Source: Raphidiopsis brookii D9
Lineage (GTDB): Bacteria > Cyanobacteriota > Cyanobacteriia > Cyanobacteriales > Nostocaceae
NCBI GenBank assembly: GCA_000175855.1
Contig: ACYB01000013.1
Coordinates: 1-5,516 of the forward strand
Direction: 5' to 3'
Length of the DNA: 5,516 nt
Shown: one piece after another, positions 1 through 4,771 of the stretch
How the letters are laid out: the number at the start of each line of letters is the position of its first letter
How positions within the stretch are numbered: the stretch's first letter is position 1
The notes under the pieces: model-generated
Told to the model about the DNA's origin: nothing
What the model saw: the letters and a program-made list of their open reading frames with translations, nothing else
Databases searched by the model: none
Made by a program: the position numbers and the translations under genes

Positions 1-49
1 CTTTTTACAGTATCTCTAACCTGCATTATTCATGAAGGCAAAAACAGGA
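1..49. repeat. Left copy of a cluster-flanking inverted repeat (perfect core 16..49, imperfect extension to base 1)
   Basis: Bases 16..49 (ctaacctgcattattcatgaaggcaaaaacagga) are the exact reverse complement of 5350..5383. Outward of the core the copies still align after a 2-nt indel (a tatctc block, then a ttttt block) up to base 1. The copy is therefore probably truncated by the window edge. Similarity stops abruptly on the inner side at base 50. Confidence 0.9.
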
Positions 50-173
50 AAAACAAAACCTAACATTTATACCCAATTTATGGCGGAACTAACTTAATAA
101 GTAAGGCATTTACTGATAAAATCTGAACGGTACTAAAATTAAGTATCGCCAGAAGTCATTCGTCGTAGGGTGC

Positions 174-178
174 GGGAG
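174..178 (+). promoter_or_regulatory. Shine-Dalgarno-like GGGAG, 5 nt upstream of ATG 184
   Basis: GGGAG lies at 174..178 and ATG at 184. An in-frame TAG at 166..168 closes the frame upstream, so 184 is the first possible ATG. Confidence 0.45.
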
Positions 179-183
179 TAAAT

Positions 184-647
184 ATGCAGTATCAGACCAC
201 TATTGAGCCAATATCTATACAAAAGCAGTTCCCTCTGACTACTGTAGGAGCGCTGGTTATCAATTCTCTCGGACAGGTCTTAATTGTTAAATCTACGAAG
301 TGGCGGGGTGCTTGGGGTGTACCAGGGGAAAAGTAGATTGGGCTGAAACTCTAGAATCTGCACTTTTGAGGGAGTTTCGGGAAGAAGTCGGGTTAGACTT
401 AACTAATGTGCGTTTTGCGTTGCTACAAGAAGCAGTGCTGGACTCACAATTTGTGCGACCTGCCCATTTTATTATGATCAACTATTACGCATTTTCACGT
501 AAAGATACGATTACACCTAATGAAGAAATTGAGGAATGGGCTTGGGTGACTCCCGCACAAGCAAAGGAATATCCTCTCAATAGTTATACCCAAGTATTGA
601 TTGAGGATTTTGTAGAAAATAACATTGGTAGTTTATATAGGAATTAG
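184..647 (+). pseudogene. Nudix hydrolase, frame broken by a 1-nt deficit at the GGGG/AAAA run (325..332); either a pseudogene or a homopolymer sequencing error
   Basis: Frame 1 from ATG 184 reads [50 protein letters not shown] and stops at TAG 334..336. Frame 3 continues [23 protein letters not shown], a perfect Nudix box GX5EX7REUXEEXGU, and runs to TAG 645..647. Adding one G (CCAGGGGGAAAA) would give WGVPGGKVDW and a typical ~154-aa Nudix protein. Confidence 0.8.
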
Positions 648-658
648 GTCTAAGAATA

Positions 659-1378
659 ATGCTGAAAAAAGCACTGGTGACTGGATCATCATCGGGAATT
701 GGTAAGGCGATCGCTCTCGATTTAGCTGCTAAAGGATTTGATGTAGCATTTCATTGTCATAAAAGTGTGGAAGCCTGTAATCAAGCCCGTCAGGAAGGTG
801 CTAAGTACGGCGTAAAAACTGTTGCTTTACAAGCGGATCTGAGAAATCCTGAACAAGCGGAGTTTTTGGTCAAAAATGCTGCTGAGGAATTGGGAGGTCT
901 ATCTGTCGTTGTCAATAATGTGGGTAACTACTTAGACAGACCAACGAGCCAATTATCAGTAGAAGAATGGCATGAAATTATTAATTCTAATCTCCATGGG
1001 ACATTTTATGTCACTAAAGCTGCACTACCTTACCTGAAAGCTGCTAATGGGGGACGTATCATTAATATTGGTTGTGCTGGTGCCCAAAATCTCCTAGCGC
1101 GTTACACTAACACACCTTACTTAATTGCTAAAACTGGCATTATTATCTACTCAAGATCTTTAGCAAAGGAAGTAATTACAGATAAAATTACTGTTAATGT
1201 TGTATCTCCAGGAATAGCAGAAAATTCCTTTGATTTAGAGGAATCTCTACCTGAACTACCTACTAAGCGACCTGCAACTTTACAAGAACTTGTTCATGCA
1301 GCTTGGTTTTTTATTAGTCCAGAATCTGATTATATCACAGGACAGGTATTAGACGTTTCGGGAGGATGGAGGTTGTAA
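659..1378 (+). CDS. Short-chain dehydrogenase/reductase (SDR) family oxidoreductase; candidate pteridine/sepiapterin-type reductase by context only
   Basis: The 239-aa ORF starts 11 nt after the Nudix stop. It has the N-terminal TGSSSGIGKAIA dinucleotide-binding motif, NNVG, YLIAK (YxxxK, 1118..1132), VNVVSPG and a C-terminal ITGQVLDVSGG. The usual catalytic Ser region reads NIGCAGA. Confidence 0.9.
   Translation: MLKKALVTGSSSGIGKAIALDLAAKGFDVAFHCHKSVEACNQARQEGAKYGVKTVALQADLRNPEQAEFLVKNAAEELGGLSVVVNNVGNYLDRPTSQLSVEEWHEIINSNLHGTFYVTKAALPYLKAANGGRIINIGCAGAQNLLARYTNTPYLIAKTGIIIYSRSLAKEVITDKITVNVVSPGIAENSFDLEESLPELPTKRPATLQELVHAAWFFISPESDYITGQVLDVSGGWRL
707..714. repeat. HIP1 octamer GCGATCGC
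   Basis: Exact GCGATCGC inside the SDR gene. Confidence 0.95.
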
Positions 1379-1467
1379 TCAGGTGTGATGATGATTTGGT
1401 TATTTTTGCTCAATGCTTGTGAACAGCTAATAAAAAACTATTGTCTATCAAAAAAAGGATTGGAAAT

Positions 1468-2820
1468 ATGTTGACGATTGAATACATTTATGAAATACAT
1501 GAAAAATATCATGATGCTTTGCAAGTAAAAGTAGAAGAATTTACAATTGGTGATAAAAAATTTAATTTTAATACTGACTCAGCAATTTTAGGAGTGATTA
1601 ATCTTTCTAATGATTCTTGGTACAGAGAAAGCGTATGTTTAAGTTCAGAACAAGCTATTCGCAGAGGATTAGTATTAAAGGCTCAAGGTGCTGATATTAT
1701 AGATATTGGCGCAGAATCTACTTTAGAAAAAGCAGAAAGAGTTGAGGATATTCGCCAAAATTCCCAAATTTTACCAGTGCTAAGATCTCTGAGTCAACAA
1801 GGGGTTTTAACTTCTATTGAAACTTATTATCCTCAAGTGGCTAGAGAATGTTTACAAGCTGGCGCTAATGTGATTAATCTAACGGGTGCTTTTGATAGTG
1901 AGAAAATTTATCAAGCTGTATCTGAATTTGACGCTGGGGTGATTATCTGTTATGTTCAAGGGAAAAATGTCAGAGAAGTTGGTGATTTTGATTTTGGTGA
2001 TGATCCGACAAAATTAATGTATGAATATTTTGCTAATGAAATAGAAATAGCAGCTAAATTTGGGGTGAGAAAAATTTTTGTTGATGCTGGTTTGGGGTTT
2101 TATTATAAGAATCTCCAGGATAGTTCTTTGCGAATTCGTTATCAAATGAAAACTTTTTTGACTACTTTTAGACTGAGAAAATTAGGTTTTCCTGTCTGTC
2201 ATGCTCTCCCTCACGCTTTTGAATATTTTGGGGAAGAAGTAAGAAGTGCAGAATCATTTTTTGCGGTTTTAGCAGCATTAGGAAAAACAGATTTATTCAG
2301 AACTCATGAAGTTCCTAAAGTTAAAGCAGTGTTAGATACACTGTATTCATTTTTAATTATCCAATTATTGGGTAATTTAGGATATAATGATGACTTCAAA
2401 CCGGAATCTGAATCTTTTTTAGAAACTTGGATAATTGGTAAGGAATTCAGATTTGAAGCTGCTCACCAATTACCGAATCATGATGGTAAATGTGCTAGAT
2501 TACATGATCATTCTTGGCGCGGTGTTGTCTATGTTGCAGGGGATAAGCTGATAAACTCAGGTGTTAAACAGGGGATGATTATGGATTATGGTGATATATC
2601 AAAATACATAAAACCCCTGTTGGAAAATTATCTGGATCATTACCATTTAAATGAATCCACAGGTTTAGCTAATCCTACCAGTGAAGCGATCGCTAAATGG
2701 ATTTATGAACAGCTTGAACCCCAAATTCCTGGACTTGTCGCAGTTAGAATTGATGAAACTTGCACCAGTCAATGTATTTACTCAAAAGGAAAAGTTAATT
2801 TTTTTGGGCTTTTAAATTAA
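1468..2820 (+). CDS. Fusion protein: divergent dihydropteroate-synthase-like pterin-binding domain plus QueD/6-pyruvoyl-tetrahydropterin synthase (COG0720) domain
   Basis: The frame is uninterrupted from 1441 to 2820. ATG 1468 is preferred as the start because AAGGA lies 8 nt upstream; the TTG 1441 of the ORF track is possible. Both domains lie in one frame. There is no stop and no in-frame ATG or GTG at the junction (2353..2430), only a TTG at 2368. Confidence 0.88.
   Translation: MLTIEYIYEIHEKYHDALQVKVEEFTIGDKKFNFNTDSAILGVINLSNDSWYRESVCLSSEQAIRRGLVLKAQGADIIDIGAESTLEKAERVEDIRQNSQILPVLRSLSQQGVLTSIETYYPQVARECLQAGANVINLTGAFDSEKIYQAVSEFDAGVIICYVQGKNVREVGDFDFGDDPTKLMYEYFANEIEIAAKFGVRKIFVDAGLGFYYKNLQDSSLRIRYQMKTFLTTFRLRKLGFPVCHALPHAFEYFGEEVRSAESFFAVLAALGKTDLFRTHEVPKVKAVLDTLYSFLIIQLLGNLGYNDDFKPESESFLETWIIGKEFRFEAAHQLPNHDGKCARLHDHSWRGVVYVAGDKLINSGVKQGMIMDYGDISKYIKPLLENYLDHYHLNESTGLANPTSEAIAKWIYEQLEPQIPGLVAVRIDETCTSQCIYSKGKVNFFGLLN
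1579..2352 (+). other. DHPS-like (pterin-binding) domain with altered substrate loops
   Basis: Blocks are collinear with E. coli FolP as I remember it. ILGVINLSNDSW matches VMGILNVTPDSF. GADIIDIGAESTLEKA matches GATIIDVGGESTRPGA. TSIETY matches SVDTS. VINLTG matches IINDI. FVDAGLGFYYKNL matches LLDPGFGFGKNL. DLFRTHEV matches HIIRVHDV. The GMSRKS block is replaced by CHALPHA. Confidence 0.8.
2431..2790 (+). other. QueD / PTPS (6-carboxy- or 6-pyruvoyl-tetrahydropterin synthase) domain
   Basis: FRFEAAHQLPNHDGKCARLHDHSW, LDHYHLNE, NPTSEAIAKWIYEQLEP and DETCTSQCIY closely parallel E. coli QueD (FTFEAAHRLP..GHKCGRLHGHSF, LDHHYLND, NPTSEVLAKWIWDQVKP, KETCTAGCIY; from memory). The catalytic Cys and the three His zinc ligands are present. 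Confidence 0.88.
2686..2693. repeat. HIP1 octamer GCGATCGC
   Basis: Exact GCGATCGC inside the QueD-like domain. Confidence 0.95.
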
Positions 2821-2830
2821 CATAAACAGC

Positions 2831-3355
2831 TTATAAATTGATAGACAAACTCACATCAGAACAGTCTAATTTTTGCAGGAGTTGTGAAATAGGTTCTCTA
2901 GAAAACGGTTCTATCCAATCTGGAGCAATTTCTGCTAATGGAACTAAAACAAAGGCTCTCTGGGTCATTCGAGGATGGGGAATTTGTAAATCTGGTGTTT
3001 CTAAAATCAAGTTATCAAATAATAGTACATCTAAATCTAGGGTTCTAGGTCCCCAACGTTCTTGACGAACTCGACCAAATTCTTGTTCAATATTGAGCAG
3101 AGTTTCTAGCAATTTATAGGGACTAAGTTGCACTTCTAAAATAGCAGCACCGTTTAAATAATCTGGTTGTGATGGTCCGCCTACGGGAGCGGTTCTGTAC
3201 CAACTAGATTGGGCTTTTATGGTAATACCTGGAGTTTTTTCCAGAGTTTTAATTGCACCTTCTAAAATGGCTAAAGATTCCCCTATATTGCTACCAAGAG
3301 CGATCGCACTTAATGAAGGTTTTATCGTTGTTCTCAGGTCAGATATATCAATCAT
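2831..3355 (-). CDS. folK: 2-amino-4-hydroxy-6-hydroxymethyldihydropteridine pyrophosphokinase (HPPK)
   Basis: The 174-aa ORF contains AIALGSNIG, SSWYRTAPVG, QPDYLNGA, GRVRQERWGPRTLDLDVLLF, IPHPRM and RAFVLVPLAEIAP. All are collinear with the hallmark HPPK blocks of E. coli FolK. Confidence 0.93.
   Translation of the reverse strand: MIDISDLRTTIKPSLSAIALGSNIGESLAILEGAIKTLEKTPGITIKAQSSWYRTAPVGGPSQPDYLNGAAILEVQLSPYKLLETLLNIEQEFGRVRQERWGPRTLDLDVLLFDNLILETPDLQIPHPRMTQRAFVLVPLAEIAPDWIEPFSREPISQLLQKLDCSDVSLSINL
3300..3307. repeat. HIP1 octamer GCGATCGC
   Basis: Exact GCGATCGC inside folK. Confidence 0.95.
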
Positions 3356-3520
3356 AAATTTGTAGATGGTAGATGTCAGGAAATTATTAACATAATAATA
3401 ACATATTATCAGATATTTTCACAAAATTGCTTGATCTAAAAAACTGAATTTAGAGTATCATATAACTGATAACTACTGATTTAATTAACCAGGTTCATCA
3501 ACACCAAGGAATTTACTATT

Positions 3521-4519
3521 ATGTCTACAATCTCCAACGGCTTTGAAAAAGTATATGTCCATCCTAGTCAATTTCCCAACAAGGTTTATCAAGATTATTT
3601 AGATTGCTTTTCTGTAGGTAAAATAAATCATAAATTTCATTATGACAGTGTTAAACAAAGTCAGAAATGGTTAAAAATTCATGAATATTATTCTCCAGCT
3701 AGAACCAATGATGATTGTATTAATGCCTATGCAGTATGTTTTCAAAAAACTGCGGAATTTCTGGATATTAATACCAATATCCAAGTAATTGGATTAGGTT
3801 GTGGCGGTGGTGCAAAAGATCATCTTTTAGTATCTTATCTCTTCAATACAGAAAGGGAAATCATTTATTATCCTATTGATGTTAGTTTATCTCTGGCTTT
3901 AATTTCCGGTCAAAAAATTAGGGAATCTTATCCTCAAGTCTCTATACAGCCAATTGTTTGTGATTTACCTTGTGCTGATGATTTAATATTCCATCTTCAT
4001 GATCAAGGAGAAGGACACAGAAAGATCATCACATTTTTTGGGATGATTCCTAATTTTACTCCTGATGAAATATTGCCTATTTTAAGTAATTTTCTCCAAC
4101 CAGGAGATATTTTACTCATGAGTGCAAACTTAGCACCAGGAGACGATTATCTAACAGGAATTAACAAGATTTTGCCACAGTATGATAATGAATTAACCAA
4201 AGATTGGTTAATGACAGTGTTAGTTGACGCAGGGATAAATCGAGACCATGGGACTATTAAATTTTCCCTAAAAGATGATCCAAACCATCAAGAATTAACA
4301 AGAATTAATGCTCAGTTTGAAGTAGAAACTAATATAGATTTGAAATTAGATGATCAAATCATGCACTGGAAAAATGGTGATCAAATTCAATTATTTTTCT
4401 CCTATCGTTATACAACTACTAAACTGCAAAACATTCTCAAACAATATGATATTATCATCCTAGATTATTGGGAAGGTGCAAATCAAGAAGAGGGAGTTTA
4501 TTTTTGTCAAAAGATATAA
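3521..4519 (+). CDS. SAM-dependent methyltransferase of the EgtD / histidine-specific methyltransferase fold (Methyltransf_33-like), substrate unknown
   Basis: The 332-aa ORF has AAGGA 10 nt upstream of its ATG. Its blocks are collinear with mycobacterial EgtD as I remember it. HKFHYDSV..HEYYSPARTN matches KWFYDAVGS..PEYYPTRTE. VIGLGCGGGAKDHLL matches LVELGSGTSEKTRMLL. YYPIDVS..YPQVSIQPIVCDL matches FIPFDVD..YPGIEIDAVCGDF. ITFFGMIPNFTPDE..LQPGDILLMSANL matches VVFLGSTIGNLTPAP..LQPGDSLLLGTDL. Confidence 0.82.
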   Translation: MSTISNGFEKVYVHPSQFPNKVYQDYLDCFSVGKINHKFHYDSVKQSQKWLKIHEYYSPARTNDDCINAYAVCFQKTAEFLDINTNIQVIGLGCGGGAKDHLLVSYLFNTEREIIYYPIDVSLSLALISGQKIRESYPQVSIQPIVCDLPCADDLIFHLHDQGEGHRKIITFFGMIPNFTPDEILPILSNFLQPGDILLMSANLAPGDDYLTGINKILPQYDNELTKDWLMTVLVDAGINRDHGTIKFSLKDDPNHQELTRINAQFEVETNIDLKLDDQIMHWKNGDQIQLFFSYRYTTTKLQNILKQYDIIILDYWEGANQEEGVYFCQKI

Positions 4520-4626
4520 AACAAAAACATCTCCTTGTAGGTAGGGTTTGCAAAAATAAGCCAAGGACATTAGAGGATGTTTGAAAAGTCTAATTTGGGC
4601 GATTAGAAATCACATCTACACAGACA

Positions 4627-4646
4627 AAACCTGCCTACGCAGGTTT
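4627..4646. terminator. Perfect 8-bp stem / 4-nt loop hairpin between the convergent methyltransferase and folB genes; weak bidirectional terminator candidate or dispersed-repeat hairpin
   Basis: The hairpin is aaacctgc (4627..4634), ctac, gcaggttt (4639..4646). T-rich sequence follows on both strands: tttcaaattcttaattttt on + and ttttgtctg on -. The GC core is only 5 bp, so terminator strength is doubtful. Confidence 0.4.
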
Positions 4647-4685
4647 CAAATTCTTAATTTTTCGTATATTAATTTGTATAAATCT

Positions 4686-4704
4686 GGCGGGCAAGATGCC
4701 CACC
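4686..4704. repeat. GC-rich mini-hairpin ggcgggca-aga-tgcccacc, resembling short dispersed hairpin repeats of Nostocales genomes
   Basis: gggca (4689..4693) pairs with tgccc (4697..4701) across a 3-nt loop. The stem extends by gg/cc with one mismatch. It is a GC island inside AT-rich intergenic DNA. The resemblance to genome-wide repeats is from memory only. Confidence 0.35.
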
Positions 4705-4771
4705 CCACAATATCTAACAGTGGTAAAAATTCATACTTTCCTTCAGCAAGTCAAAAAAATAGACATTTGCT

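Noticed and set aside
4-11. Direct 8-mer tttacagt at 4..11 and 5468..5475 as a possible target-site duplication
   Set aside because: The right copy is about 70 nt beyond the end of the right repeat, and the left copy lies inside the repeat alignment. The position is wrong for a TSD and the match is short enough to be chance.
156-163. 8-mer tcattcgt shared, in inverted orientation, between the Nudix upstream region and the folB upstream region (5268..5275)
   Set aside because: A single shared 8-mer between two ~150-200 nt AT-rich regions is roughly what chance predicts.
50-183. Possible THF, preQ1 or other pterin-related riboswitch in the leader of the Nudix operon
   Set aside because: I found only a 5-bp stem (agtaa/ttact, about 100..114) and no conserved riboswitch-like architecture. 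A covariance-model scan would be needed, so this is not reported as a feature.
322-336. Programmed -1 ribosomal frameshifting as the explanation for the Nudix break (and likewise for folB at 5087..5097)
   Set aside because: Neither site has a canonical X XXY YYZ slippery heptamer in the 0 frame, and I could see no obvious downstream stimulatory stem. A 1-nt deletion or a homopolymer sequencing error is more parsimonious. This is not excluded, since both sites need the same -1 correction beside a G run.
293-481. 62-aa ORF on the minus strand
   Set aside because: It lies entirely antisense to the well-supported Nudix coding sequence. It has no recognisable motifs and a Ser/Thr/Arg-rich shadow-frame composition.
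300-647. GTG-300 start for a 115-aa Nudix protein, as in the ORF track
   Set aside because: The first residues (MAGCLGCTR) are the out-of-frame reading of the conserved [10 protein letters not shown] segment. The true N-terminus lies in frame 1 from ATG 184, so the track ORF is the downstream half of a frame-broken gene.
1441-1467. TTG 1441 as start of the fusion gene
   Set aside because: ATG 1468 has an AAGGA motif at suitable spacing. The nine extra residues (MSIKKRIGN) add nothing recognisable. The TTG is kept only as an alternative.
1579-2352. Mobile sulfonamide-resistance (sul-type) DHPS flanked by repeats
   Set aside because: Sul enzymes are catalytically competent DHPS and keep the ESTRPG and SRK blocks. 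Here both are lost, and the domain is fused to QueD, so a resistance DHPS is unlikely.
2431-2790. PTPS-III type enzyme replacing FolB
   Set aside because: As I recall, PTPS-III paralogs carry a Glu replacing or accompanying the catalytic Cys. This domain has GKCAR with no such Glu and is closest to QueD. A folB gene is also present, though broken. This needs a proper alignment to settle.
2838-3065. 75-aa ORF on the plus strand
   Set aside because: It is antisense shadow of folK, whose minus-strand product matches HPPK motifs along its full length.
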